A stretch of 64,000 nucleotides of DNA from an uncultured virus (IMG/VR IMGVR_UViG_3300022468_000816) (taxonomy: Duplodnaviria > Heunggongvirae > Uroviricota > Caudoviricetes): the IMG/VR virus record IMGVR_UViG_3300022468_000816; one strand, 5' to 3'. Position 1 is the first letter of the stretch, and each line of letters opens with the position of its first letter. The notes beneath the pieces were generated by a model. It was not told the origin of the DNA and did no database searches. It saw nothing but the letters and a program-made list of their open reading frames with translations. This document shows, piece by piece, positions 45,426-55,188 of this stretch. The position numbers and the translations under genes were made by a program.

Positions 45426-46945
45426 CAGAGCACCCCCAGGTTGTCATCGGCGCGGCGCGATTGCTCGGCGAGCCACGGCGATCCTTCGAGGGATGTCCGG
45501 GTCGCAAAGCCCTCGCCGCGATCAAAATTGAGGGTGGTAGTGTACGACCTGAACGGGATGAACTCGTGGTCCACCTGGTAAACGTAGGCCAGATACTTCA
45601 TTGTCCCGCGGATAAACAGGGCGTAGTCGCCGGCCTTGAGCAAGTCATTCTCGCCGTCGACGCGAACTGGCCCGCCCTTCACCACGGCGGTGCCGCGCTC
45701 GTAGAGCACGTTGTCCTTGTTCATCTCGGCCATGATCTTGCGCCGCTTATCGAGCCACGACATTTGCAGATCGGATCGAGCATTGTGCTCGGCCTCGCGC
45801 TGGCCGCCAGCCATGTTCGTGATGCTGTCTTCGCCCTGCTGGGTCTCGGCGTACATTGGCCTGGTGCCGTAGAACTGCTCGGCTGCGTTTGGGTAGTCCT
45901 TGATCGACACGGTGCCGTCCTGCAGGCCATAGAGCTTGCGGACGATGTCGTCGATCAGGTCGAACTTGCTGTTGTTGACCCAGAAGAAATTGGCCACGTT
46001 GGCATCGGACCGGCTCACAGTCATGGATTTGATGCCGTAGTCCTTGATCAGCGACACGCCGGGCGTTGGCGCGTCATCCTGTATCTTTGCGGACTCCCGC
46101 CCGTCTGGCGTGGACAGCAGGTAGGCTGGAATGGGCCGATACACGAGGTGCACGCCGTCCTCGCGGTCCTCGGTGTAGAGCTCGTTCCAGATGCCGACAT
46201 CGCCGTAGGTGCGCATGACCTCGTAGACCGATCCTTGCGCGTTCTGGTAGTTGTTGCTCACAACGCCGTGGGCCACTGAAACACCGTCGCCGACCGTGAT
46301 CTGGCGCGGCAGTGCAAAGTTCGGTGGGAAAAGACCGTCGAGATAGGGATTCACCACCTTCTCGACCATCTCCTTCGCGAACTCGGAGGCCCGCATTGTG
46401 TTCGTCGCCTGGATCCCGAACAGCTCCCACAGCGAGAAGTTGGTCAGCAAGGCCTTACCCGCCGCGTAGGCCGGCATGTAGAGCACCTGGTAGGTCTGCC
46501 AGGCCTTGCCGTAATCCTGGCCGCTGACAGAGACGATGCGCACCGGGCGCCCGTCCTCGCCCAGCGCCTCGGATCGCGTGATCTGGGAAACGATGCCGCG
46601 CATAACGATCGGCAGCAGCAGCGGGCGCGGGCCCATGCCGCCCCACATGCGAATCTCGATCACATCCATGGGCTCGATCAGTCCGTATACCGTCTCCAGC
46701 TCGCCGTAGCCCCAGGATGCCTGCGCCTTGTCGGCGAAAGTGATGTTGAACCCGCCAGCCGGCTCGCGCACCGACTTGCTGGTGCGCACCGACGATCCGT
46801 CATTCAGGAACGGCGTGAGGTCGATGTACTCATCCTTGCCTTGGTAGCGGCTGGACACTGCCCAGTTGCCATCCAGCGTCGAGCGGCTGATGGTCTTGAA
46901 TAGCCAGATGTCCACCTCTGGCTTGGCGTCGATTGCATGTGTCAT
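45425..46945 (-). CDS. baseplate hub protein
   Basis: follows the tape measure; VSVSGQDYGK, WNELYTED. Confidence 0.7.
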   Translation of the reverse strand: MTHAIDAKPEVDIWLFKTISRSTLDGNWAVSSRYQGKDEYIDLTPFLNDGSSVRTSKSVREPAGGFNITFADKAQASWGYGELETVYGLIEPMDVIEIRMWGGMGPRPLLLPIVMRGIVSQITRSEALGEDGRPVRIVSVSGQDYGKAWQTYQVLYMPAYAAGKALLTNFSLWELFGIQATNTMRASEFAKEMVEKVVNPYLDGLFPPNFALPRQITVGDGVSVAHGVVSNNYQNAQGSVYEVMRTYGDVGIWNELYTEDREDGVHLVYRPIPAYLLSTPDGRESAKIQDDAPTPGVSLIKDYGIKSMTVSRSDANVANFFWVNNSKFDLIDDIVRKLYGLQDGTVSIKDYPNAAEQFYGTRPMYAETQQGEDSITNMAGGQREAEHNARSDLQMSWLDKRRKIMAEMNKDNVLYERGTAVVKGGPVRVDGENDLLKAGDYALFIRGTMKYLAYVYQVDHEFIPFRSYTTTLNFDRGEGFATRTSLEGSPWLAEQSRRADDNLGVL

Positions 46946-49758
46946 CAGTATGAACCGGTTGCGCCGCCGCTCACCGGGCTGGGAGCGCTGACGCGGGTGT
47001 TGATGGTCTGATCTGGTCGAACCTGTTGGCCGTTAGGCCCCTGGTGCTGCACGATGATGGGGTCAGCGGTCACGCGCAGCTGATTGTAGGCCTCTGCAGA
47101 CCCTCGGCCCGGGCCGGCTCCGGCCGCCACAGCCTGCTGCGGCATCGGGGTGCGGTACAGGTGCTCGGCGGCCGCGCCGCGCTCTGCAGCTTCGGCCTCG
47201 CGCGCGAGCGGGCGCTCGTAATACTTGCTCACGATAGAGCCGGCCTCGGATGCGGTCTGGGCTCGCTTTAGGCGATCTCCCGCGGCCTTCTCCTTGCCTT
47301 CCGTCATCTCGTAGTGAACAAAATCCAGCTGCTCAGCCACGCTGGAACCGCGGATGCTCTTGCCGTACTTTTTCTCAAATTCGGCCTGCCGGTCAGGGTG
47401 CCACTGCGCGATACCGTAGGCCTTGCCACCGTCTCCCACGGCGCCGGGACGCAGGTTGCTCTCCTTGTTGAGATTGGCGACGATGCCGGCGGCCTGCTCG
47501 CGCGTCCAGCCCTTGTCCATGAAATGCTTCATGGCACCGTTCGAGGTGCCCGGGTTCCCTGGGTCGCCAGTGGCTGCGCCACCGCTGCGCCGCCCAGATA
47601 CTCCGGCGGAACCTGTCGACCCACTTGCGGCAGGGTTGCCGCCAGGCGCTGCCGCGGGCCGACCATCGGCATCGATCGCAGCTTTGCGATCGGCCTCCAC
47701 GGCTTTCAGGTCGCCGCCAACGCCCTCCAGGCGCGCATCGATCGCCGCCACCTGCTTGTCGTACTCATCTCGGTTGATGGATCCCGACATGAGCTGTTTG
47801 CGCAGGCCTCGTTTCTGATCGATCAGCTTGTCGCGCTCGGCTTTCAGTCCGGATGCCTTGTTGTCGAACTGCTCGTTGATGCTGTTGATCCTGTCCTTTT
47901 TTTCACCGGCCTCGAACTCCTTCATCATCTCGCCAGGCGTCTTCTTGCCGTTGCCGCCAGCCATGTAGAGCAGGGCCTTGCGCATGTCCTGCAGCGCCGG
48001 AACCATGTAGTCGGCCACCTTGACCTTGATGTTGTCGAGGGCCGCGCGGCTGTCGCGGATGTCGGAGCCTTGGGTGCGCTCCTGCTCGTACTGTGCAGAC
48101 AGCACCGCCAGCGTGCGCTTTTGCTCCTCGGGGTTCTGGGACCCGAGGCGCTCCAGGGTGGTGCGATCATCCTTTGTGAGATCGTCGCGCTTGAGCAGGC
48201 CCGCCCGAATGCTGGCACGGTCCTCGTCGGTGCCGTTCAACGCCATGGCGGCGTTGTTTATGCCGGATGCGTTCAGGCTCAGCGTTTTGTTGCCAAGCAC
48301 CTTCTGCAGCTCACCCATCTCGTTGGGCTGCAGCGACAGCATGGCCATGGCCTGGTTCATGTTCAGGCCGGTGTGGTTGCCGAAGGCCTGGGCGCGCATG
48401 AGCCGCTGCTGCTCGCCGTCGCCGGCGTACTTCTCCTCGATGAGGGCGCGAGTCTCGCTCAGGTAGTTGCCGCCGCCCGTTGGGCCGGTTTGCCCCATGT
48501 AGCGGGTGTAGGCGCTGCCGACGCCAAACATCTGGTCCTTGCTGGCAAAGGCGCCGCCCTCTCGGAGCACCTGCATCTGCAGGGGGTCCAAGCCCATGCG
48601 GTTGCCAACCATGCTGGTGAAGAACTGCGATGCCTCGCCCTTCGCCCCACCTGCAGCCAGGCTGGAGTTGACGCGGGAAAGCATCGACGCAGCGCCGCTC
48701 GGATCCATGCCAGCCATGCCGCTGCCGACCATGCTGGAGAACATCCCGGCATAGCCGGCCACATTCGCGGCAGACATGCTGCTGCGCGTTTGCGACGTGG
48801 CGAAGTTGCCGATCGCCTCCAGTACCTCGTCCGCCTTTGCGAACGCGTCCGACTTGGCGATGGTCTCGCCGATCAGGATGGCCATGCGGCGGCTGTCCTG
48901 CACGTCCTTGGTGACACCGACGCCACGCATCTGCCCAAGGAAGCCAACCCCCTGGCTGTTGTCGAGGCCATAGGCGCGCGAAAGGCCAACACCGAGGCCG
49001 ATCTCCTGCGGCATGGCGTTGACGCCGGCGCGCCCGACCTTGCCCGCCTTGGCGAACTGAGAATACAGTCCTGCCGTTTCGTCGTAGGTGACGCTCAGGG
49101 CTTCGCCCGTACGCATCACGCCGGACTTGAGCGCCGCAAACGACACGTTCACATCGCCCAGCGTGCGCTTGAGGCGGTCGTAGGCGATGTTGTTGTTTTC
49201 GGCCTGCTCGATCTTCTCGGTGATGGCGCCGACCAGCTTTCCAACGCCGAGCGCCGCCACGCCACCCACCAGGCCCATGAGCCCCGCGCCGAAGCCTGCC
49301 GACATGCCTGTGCCAAGTGCGTTGGCGGCGACGCCGCCCGCTGGCCCGGCGGCCCGCAACCCTGCCTGAGCCACGCCAGCAGCCATGCGCGCTGCGCCGC
49401 CTCCGCGCTCGCGCGGCTGCTGCGGCGGTTGGAAGTCCGCGCCGCCGCTCTGCATGAATGATTGCAGCTGCCGCAGCTTTTGTGCTCGGGACTTTTGGTT
49501 CTGGTAGACAGGGCCCCAGTCGACAGCTTCTGGACCGACGCCCTGCTGCCCGGTGACCTTGAGCCGACGCGCCATCTCGCGATCGAGCTTCAAGTAGGCC
49601 TGGAACAGGGCGTCGACCTTGCGGATGGCACCATCGGGAACAGGGTCGATCTTGCGCCGACCGACATCGCCAAGAGCCTTGTCGATCTTCTTCGCGCCCT
49701 GCTCGATACCAGTGGTATTCAGCGTGGCCGCGACGGGGATCTCGATTTTTTGGGTCAT
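46945..49758 (-). CDS. tape measure protein with C-terminal phage tail lysozyme domain
   Basis: long Ala/Gly helical protein; GWTREQAAGIVANL.KES...AYGIAQW...R. Confidence 0.88.
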   Translation of the reverse strand: MTQKIEIPVAATLNTTGIEQGAKKIDKALGDVGRRKIDPVPDGAIRKVDALFQAYLKLDREMARRLKVTGQQGVGPEAVDWGPVYQNQKSRAQKLRQLQSFMQSGGADFQPPQQPRERGGGAARMAAGVAQAGLRAAGPAGGVAANALGTGMSAGFGAGLMGLVGGVAALGVGKLVGAITEKIEQAENNNIAYDRLKRTLGDVNVSFAALKSGVMRTGEALSVTYDETAGLYSQFAKAGKVGRAGVNAMPQEIGLGVGLSRAYGLDNSQGVGFLGQMRGVGVTKDVQDSRRMAILIGETIAKSDAFAKADEVLEAIGNFATSQTRSSMSAANVAGYAGMFSSMVGSGMAGMDPSGAASMLSRVNSSLAAGGAKGEASQFFTSMVGNRMGLDPLQMQVLREGGAFASKDQMFGVGSAYTRYMGQTGPTGGGNYLSETRALIEEKYAGDGEQQRLMRAQAFGNHTGLNMNQAMAMLSLQPNEMGELQKVLGNKTLSLNASGINNAAMALNGTDEDRASIRAGLLKRDDLTKDDRTTLERLGSQNPEEQKRTLAVLSAQYEQERTQGSDIRDSRAALDNIKVKVADYMVPALQDMRKALLYMAGGNGKKTPGEMMKEFEAGEKKDRINSINEQFDNKASGLKAERDKLIDQKRGLRKQLMSGSINRDEYDKQVAAIDARLEGVGGDLKAVEADRKAAIDADGRPAAAPGGNPAASGSTGSAGVSGRRSGGAATGDPGNPGTSNGAMKHFMDKGWTREQAAGIVANLNKESNLRPGAVGDGGKAYGIAQWHPDRQAEFEKKYGKSIRGSSVAEQLDFVHYEMTEGKEKAAGDRLKRAQTASEAGSIVSKYYERPLAREAEAAERGAAAEHLYRTPMPQQAVAAGAGPGRGSAEAYNQLRVTADPIIVQHQGPNGQQVRPDQTINTRVSAPSPVSGGATGSY

Positions 49759-49759
49759 A

Positions 49760-50047
49760 TCAGCTCAATGGTTCAAAGTCGTTCGGCATGGCCTTCTGCT
49801 GCATCCTTCGGAGCTCGTCGGCCACTGCATCCTGATCGAAATCGTCGTCTTCAACTGTTTCCGTGACGGCCTTCGGATCCTCGTAGTAGGTGTGCAGCCA
49901 CATATCTTCGAGCATGTCGTCGAGGGTGGCCTCCAGGAAGCGGGGGTCAGTTCTGGTGAGGTTGTATTTGCGCCTGAACCAGAACTCGATCGACCCGAAG
50001 CCTTCACGAGCTAGCTGCTTCGCCCGAAGGTTTCTGTCCTCCGCGAA
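49760..50047 (-). CDS. C-terminal (T) part of the tail assembly chaperone, reached by +1 frameshift
   Basis: start-less open frame ...IEFWFRRKYNLTRTDPRFLEATLDDMLED...PLS ending 1 nt before the TMP ATG. Confidence 0.7.
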   Translation of the reverse strand, partial: FAEDRNLRAKQLAREGFGSIEFWFRRKYNLTRTDPRFLEATLDDMLEDMWLHTYYEDPKAVTETVEDDDFDQDAVADELRRMQQKAMPNDFEPLS

Positions 50048-50363
50048 ACGAGCGCTCCTGGTTGCGGAGCTCCTCGTAAACGCGGTTCAGCTTTGCGTAG
50101 GTTTGCTCGTCCAGCGGGTCGAGCTCGTCCAGGTCCCAATCCGCGGGGGCCTCGACGGTCAGCACGCGTAGCACCGAAAGCCAGCCGCCCATGGTCTCCA
50201 GCCACACCGTTGGGCTCTCAACGCCCTGAATGATGTCGGCGTACTCGCGCTGGATGGCCAGCTCGTCCGCCATGGTGCGCTTTCCAAAAGTGAAGCGGCC
50301 GATGCCGTCGATGGTCACAGAGAAGTCGGTTGGGCGTTTTGCACGTGGCGAGCGGTTGATCAT
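50004..50363 (-). CDS. tail assembly chaperone (G)
   Basis: between tube and TMP; AAGGA RBS; contains TCG TTT CGC near its end. Confidence 0.8.
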   Translation of the reverse strand: MINRSPRAKRPTDFSVTIDGIGRFTFGKRTMADELAIQREYADIIQGVESPTVWLETMGGWLSVLRVLTVEAPADWDLDELDPLDEQTYAKLNRVYEELRNQERSFRGGQKPSGEAASS

Positions 50364-50382
50364 GGTGGTTCCTTTGGTGATG

Positions 50383-50418
50383 AAAAAGCCGCCTCAATCC
50401 CTGGGACTGGGCGGCTTC
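50383..50418 (-). terminator. intrinsic terminator after the tail tube gene
   Basis: minus strand AAGCCGCC...GGCGGCTTTTT. Confidence 0.65.
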
Positions 50419-50419
50419 G

Positions 50420-50435
50420 ATTATCGCGGCACGAC
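50420..50435 (-). promoter_or_regulatory. late-type promoter
   Basis: GTCGTGCC GC GATAAT. Confidence 0.5.
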
Positions 50436-50858
50436 TTAGGCGCCGGTGCCGGTCACATCGAGTGCGTTGAACTGGCCAGACGAAACAACGATCTGGTGCG
50501 CCTGGATGTCGATGTCGCCGCTGGCGTAGGACACGCCGACATACTTGCGCAGCAGCTTGCCATCGAGCTTGGAGTAGACCTCCAGGTCGAATACCAGGCC
50601 CTGCAGCACAGCATCGCCGTTCTCGGGAGTGATCCCGGCCGACATCATGTTCTCCTTGATCAGGACCATGCCCGACACGCTCAGGGAGTGACGCGCCATG
50701 GTGGGCACGTATTCCTGGACATGAATGTCACCGATGCCGGATGCGGGATCCGGGCCGTAGTCGTCGCTGCCGCGCACCGATCGGACCATGCCGACCTGGC
50801 GGCCGTCGAACAGCACGATGATCTGATTGCCAGACCGAACTTTCAGGTTTTGCTTCAT
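50436..50858 (-). CDS. tail tube protein
   Basis: 140 aa, follows the sheath; AGGAG RBS; GIGDIHVQEYVP. Confidence 0.82.
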   Translation of the reverse strand: MKQNLKVRSGNQIIVLFDGRQVGMVRSVRGSDDYGPDPASGIGDIHVQEYVPTMARHSLSVSGMVLIKENMMSAGITPENGDAVLQGLVFDLEVYSKLDGKLLRKYVGVSYASGDIDIQAHQIVVSSGQFNALDVTGTGA

Positions 50859-50871
50859 TGCAAGGCTCCTA

Positions 50872-52590
50872 TTAAGACGCCGAAGCCGCGCCGCTGTACG
50901 GGACAGCGAAGATCGACACGAGGACGTAGTTGACGGGGATGGCCGGCGAGCACTCGAACTGCACGCGCAGAACGTCGCCATCGAGCTGAGCCGAGATGTT
51001 GCGATAGGCCGGGCTCTGTGCGTCGCCCACCAGCACGCCGGGCCCCTGGGGCTCGGCCTTGGCCAGCTCGCGCAGCGCGGACTCGGTGATGCTGATCGCT
51101 CGCTGCAGACTGATCGGGCCACCCTTCGCGCCACGCAGCACGTCGAGGGCCTCGCGCACGCGGCGGGCCGTGAAGTCCAGCGCCCAGCCGGTGCTCTGCT
51201 CAACCTTGGCGTAGTTGCGGTCGTTCAGCCAGGTGCTGATCGACTTCACCACCTTGTAGGCGTCATCGGTCTTTTCGACGCAGAACACGCCGCCGTTGAT
51301 CAGGACATCGGTGTCGGTGGGATTGCGCAGGTTGCGCTCCAGTCCGCGAACCTTGATGGCCTTGTTCGTCAGCGGGGTCCCTGGATTGACGCCGGAGAAC
51401 GCGCCGGAAATCATTGCCGCCGTCATGTAGGCGGGGTAGAGCACCAATTTGCCCAAGGCGTCGTAGTTGTAGTGCCCAATGTGCACCAGCGAAGTGCGCT
51501 TGCTGTTCAGCGCCTTGGCGGCGTCGATGGCCTGCAGGTCGGTGGTGTTGAGCACGGTGCCGCAAATCACGCGGCGCTCGCGCAGGGCCACGTCGCTCAT
51601 GTAAGCGGCATGGGTGTCGGCCAGGGCGTGAATGGCTGGATCGCCGCTCACCGGCGTAACCCACTGCACATCAACGGTCTGCAGCACCTCGAACGCGGCA
51701 GCCCAGTCGTCGAACGTGGTCAGGCCATCGGTGCCACTGGTCATGAACTTCCAGTCTGCGGCCGCAGGTGGCTTGCCGGCGCCATTCACGCGGGTGGCAC
51801 GCACAAAGTCCTGGGTGGGGCCGTTCAGGTAGTCCACCACGGCCTGCAGGTCGCCCTTGACGGTGAAGGCTGCGGTCTTGATATCCTGCGCCGTGACGAA
51901 GTCGAGACCGTTGAGCGCTGGCGAGTTGAAGCTGGAGTCCAGGACGGATGCCTCAAAGCCAGGCACAACGTTGATGCGGTCCACCAGGTCGATGATGGTC
52001 GCGTACTGCGTCAGGTCGAGGGTGGCCACCGTGGTTCCGGCCGGTGCGGCAAGGACCACCGTGGTGCCGTTCACCGTGATGGTGCCGGTCAGCTCAGCAC
52101 CGGTGTACTGCACCGAGAAGGCGCGGCGCTCGATGTTGTCTTTCGTGTAGTAGTCGTTGCCACGCTTGGTGGTGACGCGCAGACCCGAAATGCTGCCAGC
52201 CTCGACCTTGTACTGGATCTGGTTCTCGCGGATGCCGTAGTTCACCGACTTGAGGGTGATGACATCAGCGGCCGTGCTGTCCTTCATGGCGCCGCTGGAC
52301 TGCAGGGCGTTATCCACTCGGACAACCACGACGGTCTGCGGGCCGCCGGTCTCGGGGCTGGGATCGAAAGCCGCGCGCACGGCGTCCAGCAGTTCGCCGG
52401 AAACCAGCTCGCGAGTGGCCTCCTGCGGGCTGCCGTAGCGGAGCACGGTTTTCGGCTTGCCGCCGGTGGCGCGCCCAACGAGCGCGACCACATTGCCAAC
52501 GGATGCGTTCTGCGGCTGCAGGGCGCTGTCATTGATGACCGATGCCGTTGCGGGCGAGACGATCAAACGACCATTGAAAAAAACAGACAT
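50872..52590 (-). CDS. contractile tail sheath protein
   Basis: VALVGRATGGKP...SGELLDA; GTPLTNK; D.LINGGV. Confidence 0.9.
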   Translation of the reverse strand: MSVFFNGRLIVSPATASVINDSALQPQNASVGNVVALVGRATGGKPKTVLRYGSPQEATRELVSGELLDAVRAAFDPSPETGGPQTVVVVRVDNALQSSGAMKDSTAADVITLKSVNYGIRENQIQYKVEAGSISGLRVTTKRGNDYYTKDNIERRAFSVQYTGAELTGTITVNGTTVVLAAPAGTTVATLDLTQYATIIDLVDRINVVPGFEASVLDSSFNSPALNGLDFVTAQDIKTAAFTVKGDLQAVVDYLNGPTQDFVRATRVNGAGKPPAAADWKFMTSGTDGLTTFDDWAAAFEVLQTVDVQWVTPVSGDPAIHALADTHAAYMSDVALRERRVICGTVLNTTDLQAIDAAKALNSKRTSLVHIGHYNYDALGKLVLYPAYMTAAMISGAFSGVNPGTPLTNKAIKVRGLERNLRNPTDTDVLINGGVFCVEKTDDAYKVVKSISTWLNDRNYAKVEQSTGWALDFTARRVREALDVLRGAKGGPISLQRAISITESALRELAKAEPQGPGVLVGDAQSPAYRNISAQLDGDVLRVQFECSPAIPVNYVLVSIFAVPYSGAASAS

Positions 52591-52602
52591 GAAAGGCCTC
52601 GC

Positions 52603-52815
52603 TTAAACGGGGGTTTTGACGAAAGCGTCGAAACGCGCCTGGTAGGCGGACTCGACATCCTTGATGCGTCCGGCGCGGCGCTCGACGAACTCGAAGCCAC
52701 CCAGCAGCTCAGGTCGGCTCACCTTTTCGGAAAGGCGGGTGCAAAATTCCGCCAGCGTCAGCCGGGGCTCTTGCGTGGTTTCCGCGGGGGTGTCCGCGGT
52801 GTTTTGCTTAGCCAT
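52603..52815 (-). CDS. small hypothetical protein
   Basis: AAGGAG RBS; precedes the sheath. Confidence 0.7.
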   Translation of the reverse strand: MAKQNTADTPAETTQEPRLTLAEFCTRLSEKVSRPELLGGFEFVERRAGRIKDVESAYQARFDAFVKTPV

Positions 52816-53644
52816 TGATGCTCCTTGAAATCACGTCGGAAATTGCATCGACGCTGCCGCTCACGCGGACCGGCGCGGTGCACGAAAAACTGTTCATCGT
52901 TTGATAGAGGGGTGACGGATACTCGCCGTTCACGGCGTCCAGGTCCGACTGCGTGAGGTTCGGCAGGATCCAGCCGTAGCTGTCGAACACCTGGAAATTG
53001 CCGATGATGATCCGACGCATGGCTTTGCGCAGCTCGATGCGCTCATCGCTGTTCAGGGACCAGCCGATAATCATCAGCTTGACGTTCGCGAGCCAGCCAT
53101 CGGACTCTGCCCAGTCGAAGCCAACGCTGTCGAAATCATCGGCCTGCAGGCTTTCACCCAAAGCTCGATCTGCCGGGCTCTCGTCTTCGAGGTGGATCGT
53201 CACCAGCGGGAATCGCAGGTTCTGCTCCAGCGATGGCGGCGCCGTGTAGACCTGGATGTAGCCCAGCTCGACCTGAAAGTTGCCGCGGTCGCATTCGACC
53301 TTGAGGCCAGCTTCCAGGCGCTCGCGCATCTTGGAAAGCACGTCGGTGGTGTGATCGACGTAGGTGGCGTCCGGCGTGCCGTTGGCCACGTTGCTGGCCG
53401 TCCAGCTTGCGCCGTCTGCAGTGTAAAACGCGCAGTAGAACTGCATCACCGTGTTCTGGAGCGCCACGGTATCCACGAGCACGGTCTCGTCGCTATCGGA
53501 CACGAGCAGCGCGCCTGGGTCATCGTGCCCAGTGAACGTGCCCGAACCCTTGCGCAGCACTTTCCACCGGACGGCGCCAGCTGGCGGCTCAAGGATGAGC
53601 CGCAGCGCGTTCCCGATGTGGAGTGGCTGAACCATGGAAATCAT
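52808..53644 (-). CDS. tail completion/neck protein (putative)
   Basis: FPLVTIHLEDESP; position between head and sheath. Confidence 0.65.
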   Translation of the reverse strand: MISMVQPLHIGNALRLILEPPAGAVRWKVLRKGSGTFTGHDDPGALLVSDSDETVLVDTVALQNTVMQFYCAFYTADGASWTASNVANGTPDATYVDHTTDVLSKMRERLEAGLKVECDRGNFQVELGYIQVYTAPPSLEQNLRFPLVTIHLEDESPADRALGESLQADDFDSVGFDWAESDGWLANVKLMIIGWSLNSDERIELRKAMRRIIIGNFQVFDSYGWILPNLTQSDLDAVNGEYPSPLYQTMNSFSCTAPVRVSGSVDAISDVISRSING

Positions 53645-53650
53645 GGGCAG

Positions 53651-53687
53651 ATTTTGGCGTCACGACAAACCGGCGTGACAGCACAAT
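53651..53687. promoter_or_regulatory. back-to-back late-type promoters
   Basis: minus GTCGTGAC GC CAAAAT-6 nt-ATG 53644; plus GGCGTGAC AG CACAAT-7 nt-ATG 53695. Confidence 0.65.
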
Positions 53688-53694
53688 CGGGGCC

Positions 53695-54549
53695 ATGAGC
53701 AACCTCAGCTACAAGATCGGCGTCGACCTTGGATCGCAGCTCAACCTGAGCGCTGGGATCCGGGCGCGGCTGCTGCCGCTGGTCAATCAGGCGGTGAACG
53801 GCATCGCGCAGGCCACCGCCGCGCGCTGGGTGGAGGCTGTGCAGCGGGCCAAGCTCTGGAGCGGCGAGAAGGACGCCTACGCCAAGACCATCACCTACAA
53901 GATGACCGGCGACTTCACGGCCGTGGTGTCATCCGACTACAAATTCGTCCAGGACATCGAGACCGGCCGGCCGCCCCGCGACCTCAAGCGCATGCTGGAC
54001 ACCAGCTCGAAGGTGCGCCGCACGCGCGACGGGGCCCGCTTTCTGGTGATCCCTTTCAGGCACAACACGCCCGGCAGCTCGGGCGGGATGCCGGCCGCGG
54101 TGCACGGCCTTGCCGGAGGCATGAGCAAGTCGTCGGTCACCGGCATGGGTCAGCGCGAGGTGGGGCAGACGGTCCGGCTGTCGCCACGCGCCGGGATGAC
54201 GCCTACCAAGGGAACGCCGTTCCTGTCGTCGCCGTCGACGAAGCAGGCCGCCATGACGGCCTCGCGCACCTACCAGTTGGGCGACCGGCTCACGAAGTCG
54301 GCCATGAAGCAGGCCGGCGTGGGCGCCGCGGACCGCAAGCGCTATGCCGGCATGGTGCGCATGGAGACCAGCACGCCAGGCGGTGCGAAGTCCTCCTCCT
54401 ACCTCACTTTCCGGATCATGTCGGAGAAGTCCAAGGGCTGGATCATCCCGGCCCAGCCCGGGCAGAACATCGCCGAGGGCGTCGCCAAGGAGATGCAGCC
54501 GATCGCCGACGCGTTCCTGGCCGAGGCCGTGAAGCGCTCGCTGGGTTAG
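53695..54549 (+). CDS. basic virion-morphogenesis/neck-like protein, inverted
   Basis: IETGRPPRDLKRML...FLVIPFRH...YLTFRIMS..S.GWIIP. Confidence 0.7.
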   Translation: MSNLSYKIGVDLGSQLNLSAGIRARLLPLVNQAVNGIAQATAARWVEAVQRAKLWSGEKDAYAKTITYKMTGDFTAVVSSDYKFVQDIETGRPPRDLKRMLDTSSKVRRTRDGARFLVIPFRHNTPGSSGGMPAAVHGLAGGMSKSSVTGMGQREVGQTVRLSPRAGMTPTKGTPFLSSPSTKQAAMTASRTYQLGDRLTKSAMKQAGVGAADRKRYAGMVRMETSTPGGAKSSSYLTFRIMSEKSKGWIIPAQPGQNIAEGVAKEMQPIADAFLAEAVKRSLG

Positions 54550-55187
54550 CGCCCGAACAGGTCCCACTTGCGGGCAATGAGCTTCTTGGGCAGCCGCATG
54601 CCCTGGTGCTCATTGCGGTCGCTGGGGTATTTCCCAAAAATGAAATACTCGTCGTACCGGGTCCCGGTCAGCGAGTAGGACGCGCCTGGCGGCGGTTCGC
54701 CCACGCCGCCGGGCCACGACGGATTCCCGTTGTCGTCGATCACGGGCCGCGCGCCCTCCACAAGCACGCGCGTGGTGGGGTGCAGCCAGAAGCAACGTTC
54801 GACGCTGGCCACCTTGAACAGGACCCGCTCGGACGGCGCTCCGCGCTTGAGCGGCAGGCTGAAAACGTCGGTGCTGTTCAGCATCACGATGCGATCGAAC
54901 TGGCCGGCGTTCCACAGGGGGCTCGCCTGCGGGATGCTGAGCACCGTGTCGCCATTCTCGAACTGGCCGAACTTCATCCACTCGGCCGTCACGTTTTGGC
55001 TGGCCACGCCCACCACGGTCTCGATCGGCGGGTCCCACAGCCGCCCCTTGCCCATGCACAGCTGGTGCTTGGGATCCGGAGCGCCCGAATCGGGGTTCAC
55101 GCACGCGCAGGCATAGGCCCGGCGCCAGGTCACTTTCTGGCCGATGCCCTGCAGGAAGGTGTCGAACGCGGCTGAATTGAATCGCAT
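54546..55187 (-). CDS. head-tail joining protein (putative)
   Basis: GQKVTWRRAYACAC..CMGKG; GGAGG RBS. Confidence 0.7.
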   Translation of the reverse strand: MRFNSAAFDTFLQGIGQKVTWRRAYACACVNPDSGAPDPKHQLCMGKGRLWDPPIETVVGVASQNVTAEWMKFGQFENGDTVLSIPQASPLWNAGQFDRIVMLNSTDVFSLPLKRGAPSERVLFKVASVERCFWLHPTTRVLVEGARPVIDDNGNPSWPGGVGEPPPGASYSLTGTRYDEYFIFGKYPSDRNEHQGMRLPKKLIARKWDLFGR

Positions 55188-55188
55188 C

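Noticed and set aside
49765..50007. 80-aa ORF from the track as the gene before the TMP
   Set aside because: Wrong frame; the protein-like sequence is the start-less frame ending at 49760.
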